Positions 54,915 through 64,000 of a stretch of 64,000 nucleotides of DNA are shown here, piece after piece. Under the pieces are notes generated by a model that was not told the DNA's origin, did no database searches, and saw nothing but the letters and a program-made list of their open reading frames with translations. Source of the DNA: a bacterium (lineage in GTDB: Bacteria; Patescibacteriota; Minisyncoccia; Phycocordibacterales; UBA12088); the NCBI GenBank assembly GCA_003252295.1, contig QKEV01000007.1, forward strand, positions 9,632 through 73,631, in the 5' to 3' direction. The position numbers and the translations under genes are program-made. Position 1 is the first letter of the stretch, and every line of letters begins with the position of its first letter.

Positions 54915-56150
54915 ATGGATAGTCTAAAGAGGAAACGGTTAGAAAGGAATATTCGGTTGTACTACTTGTATGAAATACTCATTGACCCTTGGTTCTTTGG
55001 TGTGGTGCTTATATCTTCGCTGCAACAACTAGCAGGAATGACCCTAAGTCAGATCTTTTTTATGGAGTCAGTTGTCATGCTGATCTATACGGGTACAGAA
55101 ATACCATCAGGTGCTTTCGCTGATTACGTAGGAAGAAAGTATGCAATACTGATCGGTGCTATTTTTGTAACGATTGGCATGTGTTGGTTTGCAACAATGG
55201 ACTCTTTGGTTGATGCTTGGATCGGAAATATTATTTTTTCGTGCGGTCTTTCAATGTGTTCAGGGGCGGATAGGGCATTCATTAGTGATACTCTTCATAT
55301 GTTAGGTAGAGGGTCAGAACTCACAAAGATCCAAGGAAGAGCAAATGGGATTGGATTATTTGTAATTGCATGGACCTCGCTTGTCGGTGGCTTTTTAGCT
55401 GAGGTGAGTATGCGTTTACCATTATATCTTTCAATACCATGCTTGGTAATGTCGATTATTTGTATCAGTTTCTTTACAGAACCAAAAAAACTGGACAGTA
55501 TCAGTGTGGTAAATCAGAGGGTAAGGAAGCATGTATTTATAGTTGTTCTTCAAACATGCATTGGTGTATGGAGGTTGATGATCAAGAGTCTTTTCTTTGT
55601 TGCAAATAACAAGAAGGTAAAGTGGATCATTGGTTTTTTTACACTACTGACAGTTTCTTCTAAGATATGGTTCTATAACTATAATCCCTATTTTGAACTC
55701 GTGGGATTAGAGTATCGCTACTTCGGTGTTCTATTTTGTACTCTAAATCTTGTTGCGTGTTCAGCAAGTTTTTTTGCACATAAGGTACAAAACTTACTGA
55801 AAGAGAAACATGTACTCATTCTACTGCTTTGTATTATCTGCATCCCAATTATTTTAATGGGACTTATGGTGAGCAAAGTAATGACTAGTTTGATACTGTT
55901 TCAAAACGTTGCAAGAGGACTCATGGGGCCGTTACATATCAGCATGATCGATATTCATTTGACACCTGAGAATAAAGCAACGGTACAATCTATCAGTACA
56001 GCAACACGTGGTGTTGCTGAGTGCATAGTAATGGCACTCTATGGCATTACGCTTAGTAATCTTGGGGTGAGTTCTTCTCTTGTAGTACTCGGTGTCACTA
56101 CATTGTTGCTTGGTGTAGTAAGTATACACAAGTACAAAAGTTATTTTTGA
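54915..56150 (+). CDS. MFS transporter
   Basis: 12 TM, MFS loop motifs and an AAAGGAGAAAG Shine-Dalgarno motif. Confidence 0.8.
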   Translation: MDSLKRKRLERNIRLYYLYEILIDPWFFGVVLISSLQQLAGMTLSQIFFMESVVMLIYTGTEIPSGAFADYVGRKYAILIGAIFVTIGMCWFATMDSLVDAWIGNIIFSCGLSMCSGADRAFISDTLHMLGRGSELTKIQGRANGIGLFVIAWTSLVGGFLAEVSMRLPLYLSIPCLVMSIICISFFTEPKKLDSISVVNQRVRKHVFIVVLQTCIGVWRLMIKSLFFVANNKKVKWIIGFFTLLTVSSKIWFYNYNPYFELVGLEYRYFGVLFCTLNLVACSASFFAHKVQNLLKEKHVLILLLCIICIPIILMGLMVSKVMTSLILFQNVARGLMGPLHISMIDIHLTPENKATVQSISTATRGVAECIVMALYGITLSNLGVSSSLVVLGVTTLLLGVVSIHKYKSYF

Positions 56151-56170
56151 AAATATCTCGGCGTTTAGTA

Positions 56171-56206
56171 AAAAGAGTGGTCAGGTGACCACTCTTTTGT
56201 TTTTTC
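56171..56206. terminator. Bidirectional intrinsic terminator (12-bp perfect stem AAAAGAGTGGTC / GACCACTCTTTT)
   Basis: Read directly. Confidence 0.7.
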
Positions 56207-56220
56207 TATAGTAGTATTTG

Positions 56221-57120
56221 TTACTTACCAAGTAACGTTATCGTATTTTCAATACCTTTCAAATTCTTTTCCCACTCTAGTGTTTCGTGAGTAGCAAGCT
56301 CAACAGTGATTGCTGGTATGCCAATACTTGCAAGCCATCCTTCCGCATCACCAGTTACTGGATAGGCATCAAAAGTTGCAACTGACTTGTACCCTGCTGC
56401 AGTCGCATACGAGTTCATGAGGTCAATGGTGCCTGGGAGTATGCCGTTTTCACATTCTGAAGCATAAACAGCGTTTGATTGACTGTGCCAAAAGATAACA
56501 CCATCTGGTTGGTAGGTTTCCACGTATCCCTTAAGCGCAAGTGCTTCAGGTTCTGAAAACGCACTCGTACCAGCACTTACTTCGTTACCCCTCCAGGTAC
56601 TTTTCGGTTGCCACTTACAAGCAAAGTTCCTGTTGAGGTCAACATTGTTTGCATTGAAGCGCCCTGTTCCTATTGTTTGATCTTCATAGAGTACATCTGT
56701 TTGCGTAAACCTACCCTCTTTGTGCGTCACCATGTAGACACCATCTGGATTGAGTACCGGTATGATTGATACAGTCACGTTGTCTGGCAGTTCATTGATG
56801 TGTAATTCAAGGTAGTCCATGTAGTCGTACGCAAGCAGTGCGCTGTTCCACTCGTAACCACCGTGAATAGCTCCTACAAAGAGAATATGCCGTTCACCGG
56901 TACCATACTCGTATGCTGTAATAGGTCTTCCTTCTACTGACTGTCCAATCGTGGTGATACGAGTCTTTTCTAGTGCTGGTATTTCATCAACTACTACTGG
57001 TGTAAGCTCAACTGTTTCCGGGAGAGGTTTAGTCTTTAGAAACAATTGGAACATAGCAAATCCGAGAGCAATAATTACACCAATTGCTACCAATATATGT
57101 GCTTTTTTCAACCCCATCAT
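56221..57120 (-). CDS. M14-family zinc carboxypeptidase-like protein, membrane-anchored (paralogue 1)
   Basis: HGGYEWN (HxxE zinc motif), NPDG and DLNRNF; N-terminal TM. Confidence 0.8.
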   Translation of the reverse strand: MMGLKKAHILVAIGVIIALGFAMFQLFLKTKPLPETVELTPVVVDEIPALEKTRITTIGQSVEGRPITAYEYGTGERHILFVGAIHGGYEWNSALLAYDYMDYLELHINELPDNVTVSIIPVLNPDGVYMVTHKEGRFTQTDVLYEDQTIGTGRFNANNVDLNRNFACKWQPKSTWRGNEVSAGTSAFSEPEALALKGYVETYQPDGVIFWHSQSNAVYASECENGILPGTIDLMNSYATAAGYKSVATFDAYPVTGDAEGWLASIGIPAITVELATHETLEWEKNLKGIENTITLLGK

Positions 57121-58052
57121 TACTGCTGTGCGTAGAGGTTAATAAGTGCATCTACACCCGCCTTATTCTTTGACCATTCAGTATCGGTGTGGTTTGTGAG
57201 CAACACACTAATTGCAGGAGTGCCTTGTTTAGCGAGCCAGTTTGTTATGTCACCGGTTGTAACATAAAAGTCAAACTCGTCAAACGCAGGGTAACCGGAT
57301 GCATTTGCGTACGTGTTGAGTATTGTTTCTGTGCCTGAAAGTACGCCATTGTGACAGTTAGAAGCGTACACACCACCAGCTGAGCTGAAGTATGCCACCA
57401 CTGCTACTGGATCAGTGTTTACTATGTAGTCTGCAACAGCTTTTGCTTCCGGCTCTGAAAGGATAGCTGTACCTGCATCAACAGTTTTATCTTGCCAGAT
57501 ACCCGTACTCTGCCAATCACAGTCAAAGTTTCTATTTATATCAACATTGTCACCGTTAAAGCGTCCAGGTACTGTTGCTGCTGCATCAGTCGGAACATCA
57601 CTCTGTGAGAAACGTTCTGTAGTACCAACCACTTCCTTGAGACCATCTGGGTTGAGTACAGGAACAACTGTAACTTTTATGTTTTCAGGTATAACGTCAG
57701 GATTTGCATCAAGGTAATCCATGAGTTGGTATGAGAGAAGAATAGTGTTCCATTCATAACCACCATGCATGCCTCCAATGAAGAGTAATTCAGTGTCACC
57801 CGTGCCATAGTGGTACGCAGTTATCGGGTAGCCGTTAACAGAGTAACCGATGATGGTTGTTTTGCTCTGCACTGGTGCTGGATCGCCGACTGGTATCTCA
57901 ACTACAGGCTCAGGGTCACTGAGTGGCTGTGCACCACCCAAAAGTGTGCCATCATCCTGTTGGCTCACCGTGGCAGTGTCTTTAATAAAAAATAGGTAGT
58001 AGCCTCCTCCAATAGCTAAAAGTACTATGAGGGCAAATATAATTTTCTTCAT
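57120..58052 (-). CDS. M14-family zinc carboxypeptidase-like protein, membrane-anchored (paralogue 2)
   Basis: Same motifs (HGGYEWN, NPDG, DINRNF), about 45% identical to the downstream copy. Confidence 0.8.
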   Translation of the reverse strand: MKKIIFALIVLLAIGGGYYLFFIKDTATVSQQDDGTLLGGAQPLSDPEPVVEIPVGDPAPVQSKTTIIGYSVNGYPITAYHYGTGDTELLFIGGMHGGYEWNTILLSYQLMDYLDANPDVIPENIKVTVVPVLNPDGLKEVVGTTERFSQSDVPTDAAATVPGRFNGDNVDINRNFDCDWQSTGIWQDKTVDAGTAILSEPEAKAVADYIVNTDPVAVVAYFSSAGGVYASNCHNGVLSGTETILNTYANASGYPAFDEFDFYVTTGDITNWLAKQGTPAISVLLTNHTDTEWSKNKAGVDALINLYAQQ

Positions 58053-58095
58053 ACGCTATAAGTATACGCGGTCAAAATAGCGAATGCAAAGAGGG

Positions 58096-58302
58096 CTATA
58101 CAATACTGTTCAGGGTGTCGAGGTAGGTATTGAAAACCATTGGTGCAATAAACATGATGGCTATGAGTGGTAGCACAAAGGTGATCACTGTTGCCCATAG
58201 CATTATTTGGAAGTATCTCCTTGTCTTCTCAACAGAAGTGTAAATCTCTTTGAGGATCTTATCCTGCTCCTCGATTTTCTTATGTAGTTCTTCAATTTCC
58301 AT
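58096..58302 (-). CDS. Hypothetical small membrane protein
   Basis: 68 aa: an N-terminal coiled coil followed by one TM. Confidence 0.4.
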   Translation of the reverse strand: MEIEELHKKIEEQDKILKEIYTSVEKTRRYFQIMLWATVITFVLPLIAIMFIAPMVFNTYLDTLNSIV

Positions 58303-58363
58303 ATGTGTTTGTATTATACTCCCATAGACCCAATGTAAAACCGCCCTCTACTACCAAGGGCGG

Positions 58364-58783
58364 TTACTCTTTCTTGCTTGCCGCAAGATGTTTATTTACT
58401 ACACCAAGGTTTGCAGGTGTTTCCTCGACCATGTATCGCATGACATCAGGCATTTTGGGGTTTATTTTCGTCAGGTAGCGCATCCAATCACATAAATGCT
58501 GTGTTTGCATGATTATATGCTTACGACGAAACGCTTCATACACAAACATGTTTGGTGCATTTTCTATACGTTCACTCAAGTCCGGTGTCATCGTATCAGC
58601 ACCGACAAACATATGTATCTGCTCTACAAAATAGTGATGTTTAACTTTTTCTTTAATCATTTCTCTCAGACGTTTGATCTCAGAATATGCCTCCTCGTTA
58701 TTTTGTATTGAGACTATATGACAATATATCTTTTTTATTTTGATTTCGTCTTCAATTCTTTTTGTGTCTTTCTCATTGTTCAC
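58364..58783 (-). CDS. Hypothetical protein
   Basis: 139-aa ORF; I recognise no domain. Confidence 0.45.
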   Translation of the reverse strand: MNNEKDTKRIEDEIKIKKIYCHIVSIQNNEEAYSEIKRLREMIKEKVKHHYFVEQIHMFVGADTMTPDLSERIENAPNMFVYEAFRRKHIIMQTQHLCDWMRYLTKINPKMPDVMRYMVEETPANLGVVNKHLAASKKE

Positions 58784-58882
58784 CTGAACCCCCTTTTTTG
58801 TAGTTTTCTAAAAAAATAGTACAACATTATTTAAATATGGCAAGTGTATACCCAGATGTGTAGATAATGTATTGCAAATAGT

Positions 58883-58908
58883 AAAAGCAGTCACATGTGA
58901 CTGCTTTT
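58883..58908. terminator. 26-bp perfect palindrome / bidirectional terminator (AAAAGCAGTCACATGTGACTGCTTTT)
   Basis: Read directly, 30 nt downstream of the transporter gene stop. Confidence 0.6.
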
Positions 58909-58938
58909 ACTGCTACTGTTTTGTGTATGAAGAAGTAC

Positions 58939-60237
58939 TTACACAAGATTAAAGTAGTACATTGCAGTTACTGCTCCCGTTGCAACAACGAGTGATACAA
59001 GAGTTGCTGGTAATCCATACTGCATCCAGTTTTTGAAAGTAATAGGAGTATCAGTTTCCTCTGATTTGCTCATAACAATAACACCAGCTGATGAACCGAT
59101 TGGGGTACCATTACCACCAAAACCAACTCCAAAGACAAGTGCCCACCAGAGAAGGTTTACATCAATACCATCCTTTGCGAGAAATGCAATAATTGGAATC
59201 ATAGCGACTGTAAATGGAATGTTGTCAACAATAGCGCTCAGAATAGCAGAAACCCAGAGAATAATGATTGCAGTAAGTAGTAAGTTACTTTCAGCTGTGC
59301 CAGTTATAAACTCACCAATCTTAGCGAGCACCTCAGTATGTTCCAGACCACCGACTATAATGAAGAGCGATGCAAAAAAGAGGAGTACGGATAGCTCAGT
59401 TTTAATGATAATCTCATGTGGGTCATCTTTTGCTCGAATAACAAGAAGTGCAATTGCAGCACCCATGAGTGCAACAACAGATGGCTCAAGGTGTAGTGCA
59501 CTGTGTACAAAGAAGAGTGCTATGACACCACCAAATACAGCAAGCAACTGCTTGAGCATTTTCATATCCTCAATTGCTTCGGTTGGGTCCATTTCCATAA
59601 GTCGACTCACATCTTTTGGTTCAGTTGCAAGTTGCTCTTTGAAGACAAATTTAAAAAGAAGCAATATTGCCGCAAGACCTGCGAGTGCAACAGGAAGAGA
59701 GTAGAGAAGGAAGGTGTTAAAACCAAAACCTGCTGCTGAACCGATCATAATATTTGGTGGATCTCCAACGAGCGTACCTGCACCACCAACATTCGAAAGG
59801 ATTGCTTCAGCAAGAAGTAATGGTAGTGGTGATATGCCAATGAGACGTGAAATAACAATCGTGATTGGTGTAATAAGGATGATGGTGGTGACATTGTCGA
59901 GCACCATTGAGAGGAAGGCGGTTAGTAGACCAAGTGCCAAGAGTAGCTTCCATGGATTCCCTTTTGTTTTTCTTGCTACGTAGATACCAAGAAACTGGAA
60001 AACACCCGTTTGTTCTAAGAGTGCAACGAGCATCATCATGCCAAAGAGAAGCCCAATAGTGTTATAGTCAACAGCTTCAACTGCAAGATCCATGTTGTAA
60101 AAGCCCATAAAGGTGCCCACAACAACCATGGTCACTGCTCCAGCGAGTGCAATAACAGCACGGTGTATTTTTTCTGTAAGAATAAAGAAGAACGTTACAG
60201 CAAAAATAACCACGCTCACAATCTGTGTAAGTTCCAT
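58939..60237 (-). CDS. Ion-transporter superfamily permease (ArsB/NhaD/SLC13-like)
   Basis: About 11 TM with two hairpin-loop motifs (…LDNVTT…, …GGNGTPIGSSAG…), in an operon with a CBS protein. Confidence 0.65.
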   Translation of the reverse strand: MELTQIVSVVIFAVTFFFILTEKIHRAVIALAGAVTMVVVGTFMGFYNMDLAVEAVDYNTIGLLFGMMMLVALLEQTGVFQFLGIYVARKTKGNPWKLLLALGLLTAFLSMVLDNVTTIILITPITIVISRLIGISPLPLLLAEAILSNVGGAGTLVGDPPNIMIGSAAGFGFNTFLLYSLPVALAGLAAILLLFKFVFKEQLATEPKDVSRLMEMDPTEAIEDMKMLKQLLAVFGGVIALFFVHSALHLEPSVVALMGAAIALLVIRAKDDPHEIIIKTELSVLLFFASLFIIVGGLEHTEVLAKIGEFITGTAESNLLLTAIIILWVSAILSAIVDNIPFTVAMIPIIAFLAKDGIDVNLLWWALVFGVGFGGNGTPIGSSAGVIVMSKSEETDTPITFKNWMQYGLPATLVSLVVATGAVTAMYYFNLV

Positions 60238-60248
60238 ACGCGTTTATG

Positions 60249-60755
60249 TTAGCAAGAGGTATCCTTGCAAAATTCTTCTAAATTATTCTCTATGTTGAGA
60301 AATGCTGCGAGCACCTGCTTAATTTCAGTACGTGTAAGCAATCCTACTGGCTTATTTTCATCATCAACCACAATAATTCTACCCTGTGCGTTTATGCAGG
60401 AAAGTACCGTTGCCTCGAGAAGGTTTGCATCAGGGTGTACGGTAACATCTTTCGTGTTAATGAAGTTTGAAATTGAAGTTGAAGCAGACTTTAATGTATC
60501 TTCACGAAGCATTGCCGTGTCAGCAAAGTGTGCCGCTGTTGGATCCTGCTCTATGTAATCAGGTAGTATTGCACGAATAATGTCGAGCGTACTCACGCCA
60601 CCAAGTAATGCACCGTTGTCATCAACGACAACAGCGATGTTACTCTTCCCTTTTATGAGTGCTTCGAGAGCATGTGAGAGTTCTGCGTCCTTCTGTATGA
60701 TTACAGCATCACGCATGAGATCACGAACCTTGTACTCTTTTCCGTCTATCGTCAT
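60249..60755 (-). CDS. CBS domain pair protein
   Basis: Two CBS motifs in 168 aa. Confidence 0.8.
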   Translation of the reverse strand: MTIDGKEYKVRDLMRDAVIIQKDAELSHALEALIKGKSNIAVVVDDNGALLGGVSTLDIIRAILPDYIEQDPTAAHFADTAMLREDTLKSASTSISNFINTKDVTVHPDANLLEATVLSCINAQGRIIVVDDENKPVGLLTRTEIKQVLAAFLNIENNLEEFCKDTSC

Positions 60756-60860
60756 AGTGTTTTGTTACTGGATAATACTCAGCAACAATACAATAGCTGT
60801 AGTAAGATTCAACCTTGCTATACACAACCTTGTGAGGTCTGTGTAGTATTCATTACAAAA

Positions 60861-61547
60861 CTAGTTGTTTACAATTTCAGTAAAGGTGATGTTTGTAGGT
60901 GGAGTGAAGTGTGACTCGTTTATAACTTTTGCATCACATTTTACTCTGCTGTTTGTGTTCAGGTATGTGAGCATTTTGCTATATGGTGTGTACCCAGTGA
61001 GTACTACATAACCATCAACATTCCTAGGTATAGTGATACCTTCACGTTCACCATCTATCCAAAAGTACGATTCAGTTGGTTTGTAGATAGTGATATAGGT
61101 TGCATCTTTTGTTTTGACTTCCGTGCGTACTACGTTGAGTAGTTGCACTGCAACACCCTCATTGCCATCACTATCGATCCATGTGCAGCGTCTGGAGTCA
61201 TCACCAGCCAATGTGTCACTCACGTATGCATCATTATTCTCTACAACCTTTGTAGTGTTGTTGGTAGGTGTTGGTGTGGTGGTAACTGTCTTTGATGCTG
61301 GTGATGTAGTGACGGGAGTCGTGTTTTCTGCAGGTGGTGTAACATTTTGTTCTGTTGGAGTAGTTACCGTATCACTTGTGTTTTCTATGACTGCGTCGGT
61401 GGTGGTTGACTCAGCGCTATTCAGAATAAGGTCGTTCGTGTCCACTGGTGCTGTTGCCTGCTTTGTTGTATTGAACACTAGTAAGATCACAATCAGTACT
61501 GTAAGACCGATGATAATATATAGTTTTTGTTTTTGCTGGTTTATCAT
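60861..61547 (-). CDS. Hypothetical secreted protein with a Thr/Pro-rich linker
   Basis: Signal anchor, a TTPVTTSPASKTVTTTPTPT linker and a C-terminal domain with 2 Cys. Confidence 0.5.
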   Translation of the reverse strand: MINQQKQKLYIIIGLTVLIVILLVFNTTKQATAPVDTNDLILNSAESTTTDAVIENTSDTVTTPTEQNVTPPAENTTPVTTSPASKTVTTTPTPTNNTTKVVENNDAYVSDTLAGDDSRRCTWIDSDGNEGVAVQLLNVVRTEVKTKDATYITIYKPTESYFWIDGEREGITIPRNVDGYVVLTGYTPYSKMLTYLNTNSRVKCDAKVINESHFTPPTNITFTEIVNN

Positions 61548-61593
61548 AGTATTAAAATACTAGCATAGTATTCTGTAAAAAGGAGAATTTAGT

Positions 61594-62019
61594 CTACTTA
61601 TTTTTATTAGTGTCAGCTTCCCGTAACCACGCAAGTGCGGCACGCTTTGTTTTGAAAAGCTTCATGTTTGTACGACCGGTAATGTAGATAGACATTTCAA
61701 GTACTGCTTGAGAAAATGTATTAGCTCCAAAAATAGCAGTACGTGTGACATACTGCTTGTTGTGTCTTAGTAACTTATGAAGTTCTCCGGAACAATGAAC
61801 GCTTACTTTATCAACATGGGTACAATCCATAATAGTGAGAACACGATCAGGTGTTTTTTTGTGTACCTCACGTAGTGTCTTTTTGACAAGTTTACCCCAC
61901 TTTGCAAGCTCATCAACTGTTGATTCGTCAATATTTCCACGCAGCCCAAGTGAGACGATACCATCAGGACGCATAGTGCAAGTGTACTCTACTACACTGT
62001 CCCTAGGGTGTTTTTTCAT
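61594..62019 (-). CDS. Hypothetical protein, possibly STAS (anti-sigma-antagonist-like) fold
   Basis: Weak pattern resemblance (…VLTIMDCTHVDKVSV…); the call is uncertain. Confidence 0.3.
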   Translation of the reverse strand: MKKHPRDSVVEYTCTMRPDGIVSLGLRGNIDESTVDELAKWGKLVKKTLREVHKKTPDRVLTIMDCTHVDKVSVHCSGELHKLLRHNKQYVTRTAIFGANTFSQAVLEMSIYITGRTNMKLFKTKRAALAWLREADTNKNK

Positions 62020-62063
62020 ACATTTATAGTATAACTACTGTGTAAATTACAGCAAGAAAATAA

Positions 62064-64000
62064 TTAGACTCGCTGCGCTGTCGGTATGTGATGCATTTTT
62101 ACTTTTTTGTTGTGTTCAATAATTTTATAGGTATATACCTTTGCAAAATCATTGAAAAGCCACCAGGCAAATGCATAGAGCCAAATGTACATCGCGTACT
62201 TCCAACCAAGTGGTTCCATGAAGATGCCATATACAGCGAAAAGTGTTCCAATAATACGGGTCGTAAATGCAGGTAGAAAGAACTTGAGTGATGGGTATGG
62301 TTTATGCCAAAAATGCTTTTTTCCTGTACGAGTAAGGTACAGAGTTGAGTGACCTGCGACGTCGAGCTTAAGGAAAAGGAATGCCTGAATGAGTGCAAGT
62401 GGGTATGCATGTATAGTGAGCCAATAAAAAAGTGCAAATGATGAAATGACACCAGTTATACCAAGAACAATTGAAACGATAATGACTTCACGCATATTCC
62501 ACCTCTGTACCGTTCTGGTGACTGGTGCGTTGTCATAAGCAATCATCATGACGGGTACATCGTTCAGGAGTGCTAAGATCACGATCATTGTTGCCGTGAG
62601 TGGATAAAAATCAAATACGAGTATTGAAAGTGATAAGAAAAGTATGATGCGTATTGTTTCAGCTATTCTAAAAGTTGCGTAACCCTTCATACGTTCAAAG
62701 GTCATACGTGCAGTACGAATAGCTTTGTGTATCACTGAAAGCCCTGGTTCTAAGAGTACAAGATCAGCAGCAGCACGTGCAGCTTCAGTGGCACTTGCAA
62801 CAGCTATACCAACATCTGCCTTTTTAAGTGCTGGTGCATCGTTCACACCATCACCTGTCATTGCAACAATATGGTTATTTTTTTGAAGCTTTTCGATAAT
62901 GAGGTACTTATCTTCTGGTAGCACCTCAGAAAATGCGTCAGCACGTTCTATGGTCTGTATGATATCTGACTCATGTTGGCGTATGAATCCTTCCTGCAGT
63001 TCAACGTTTTGCATTTGATACTGCACATCACGAGCCACTTTCTTTCCAAACAGTGCGGCATCCTCATCAGACATTTCGGCACCCATGCGTTGTGTTAAGT
63101 GTTGAGCGATAATGCTTCCTAGTATCTCGTACTCGCGATATGCATCACCAACACGAAGTTCATTGGTATCAATTATTTTTGTTCCAATACTCAACTTCTC
63201 GGCAATTTGTCGTGCAATAGCAGTATTGTCACCAGTAAGCATTTTTATAGACACACCACTGTTTTTTATAGCATGAACGATTTTTTTTGAGTCAGGGTGT
63301 AGTGGGTCATACATGGGTATGAGTCCAAGAATCGTAAAATGCTCATCGTTGTTGTAACGAGCAGCTACTGCAAGTGTACGGTAACCTTTTTCAGCAAGTG
63401 CTAGGACGGTGTCAGATGCATCCTTTTGTATGGCAACATCACCAGTGTGTTGGAGAACTACCTGCGGTGCACCTTTGATAATAGCAACTGATTCATGTCC
63501 ATTTCGTAAAACATGCGCCTCAGTGTGCTTCTTGATCGGATCAAACGGTGTAAAGTCTTGTGTTTCAAAAGTCTTCAGATAACTATCAGTAAAATGTGTT
63601 GAAAAGTATTCAAAGATAGGTGTTTCTATTGGATCGTTGTTTTCTTTTGAACTTGCAAGCAGTGCATAACCGCAAAGATCTTCTTCAGTATAGTCGTAGT
63701 AAGTAATGAGCGACTCAACAGTCATTATGTTTTGTGTAAGCGTACCCGTCTTGTCCGTGCAGAGCACATCTATACTTGCAAGTTCCTCAATAGCAGAAAT
63801 GTTTCGAACGATTGCTTTCATTTTTGAAATAGCAACAGCACCCACTGCCATAGTGACTGACAAAACTGCTGGGAGTGCAACTGGAATTGAAGCAATGAGG
63901 AGTACAAGTACAAAATGTAATGTCTCAACAACAGGATCGCCTCTGTTTATAGAAACTGCAAAAACAATGAGGGCGAGAATACCTGTGAAAGCTGTTAAAA
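62064..64000 (-). CDS. P-type ATPase, P3A (plasma-membrane H+-ATPase)-like; C-terminal ~640 aa, the N-terminus lies beyond the window end
   Basis: The frame stays open past the track's internal Met up to position 64000 (…IPVALPAVLSVTMAVGA…). It carries DKTGTLT, MLTGDN, GDGVNDAPALKKADVGIAV and the LNDVPVMMIAYDN TM region. Confidence 0.85.
   Translation of the reverse strand, partial: LTAFTGILALIVFAVSINRGDPVVETLHFVLVLLIASIPVALPAVLSVTMAVGAVAISKMKAIVRNISAIEELASIDVLCTDKTGTLTQNIMTVESLITYYDYTEEDLCGYALLASSKENNDPIETPIFEYFSTHFTDSYLKTFETQDFTPFDPIKKHTEAHVLRNGHESVAIIKGAPQVVLQHTGDVAIQKDASDTVLALAEKGYRTLAVAARYNNDEHFTILGLIPMYDPLHPDSKKIVHAIKNSGVSIKMLTGDNTAIARQIAEKLSIGTKIIDTNELRVGDAYREYEILGSIIAQHLTQRMGAEMSDEDAALFGKKVARDVQYQMQNVELQEGFIRQHESDIIQTIERADAFSEVLPEDKYLIIEKLQKNNHIVAMTGDGVNDAPALKKADVGIAVASATEAARAAADLVLLEPGLSVIHKAIRTARMTFERMKGYATFRIAETIRIILFLSLSILVFDFYPLTATMIVILALLNDVPVMMIAYDNAPVTRTVQRWNMREVIIVSIVLGITGVISSFALFYWLTIHAYPLALIQAFLFLKLDVAGHSTLYLTRTGKKHFWHKPYPSLKFFLPAFTTRIIGTLFAVYGIFMEPLGWKYAMYIWLYAFAWWLFNDFAKVYTYKIIEHNKKVKMHHIPTAQRV

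Noticed and set aside
1-64000. CRISPR arrays, rRNA genes, IS elements, transposases and integrases
   Set aside because: No regularly spaced direct repeats, no rRNA-like conserved stretches, and no transposase, integrase or recombinase-like ORF anywhere in the window.

Overview
This 64-kb window is a gene-dense bacterial chromosomal segment of about 42% GC. Most of it is housekeeping genes. I could not assign the lineage with confidence, but the features suggest a small-genome monoderm-type bacterium: lipobox lipoproteins, many small secreted or TM-anchored proteins, a UvrD-nuclease fusion and compact genes.

Main gene blocks, in order:
- mreB-mreC-mreD-mrdA (PBP2, truncated at the window start), all on the - strand.
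- proS, rseP and frr on the - strand, then holB (-), dnaB (+), recR (+), glmS (-) and rplU (-). rplU is preceded by a leader with its own promoter and a U7 hairpin.
- rmuC, a Ca2+-type P-type ATPase, a YqeY-like protein, truB and a Na+/Ca2+ exchanger.
- A block of secreted or surface proteins (about 20.1-33.6 kb): a Cys-rich protein, two paralogous acidic VDVD-repeat proteins, a Trp-repeat protein co-transcribed with a membrane-anchored VWA protein, a glycine-zipper lipoprotein, a 1002-aa surface protein with a peptidoglycan-binding domain, and a polysaccharide deacetylase.
- An arsR-thioredoxin-arsP operon.
- A roughly 4.4-kb AT-rich islet (about 34.25-38.66 kb) abutting the 3' end of a tRNA-Glu(UUC) gene.
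- A DUF5320/DUF134 pair, an SGNH hydrolase, uppP, a DsbA-like protein, a UvrD-like helicase fused to a Cas4/AddB-like Fe-S nuclease, and the dnaG-rpoD operon.
- A VirB2/TrbC-like pilin-like gene, ybjQ, an Fn3-repeat protein, an FtsX/ABC pair, an MFS transporter, two tandem M14 carboxypeptidase paralogs, a CBS-NhaD/ArsB transporter pair, and a P3-type P-type ATPase truncated at the window end.

The islet is the most interesting region. It carries four copies of a GTGACCC att-like core plus three internal repeat families. Its cargo is nucleotide-metabolism-like and HExxH genes: a shikimate-kinase-like P-loop kinase, a small nucleotidyltransferase, an NT5C deoxyribonucleotidase and two HExxH proteins. 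No integrase is present. It also contains a GC-rich, highly structured RNA candidate of about 235 nt that ends in a strong intrinsic terminator; I could not assign it to any known RNA family.

Other notable points: DnaG has every zinc-ribbon ligand substituted, RpoD carries a histone-H1-like Lys/Ala-rich N-terminal tail, and several sub-60-aa microprotein candidates fall below the ORF-track cutoff.

There are no CRISPR arrays, rRNA genes, transposases or integrases. Coordinates of hand-called RNA and hairpin features may be off by 1-2 nt.
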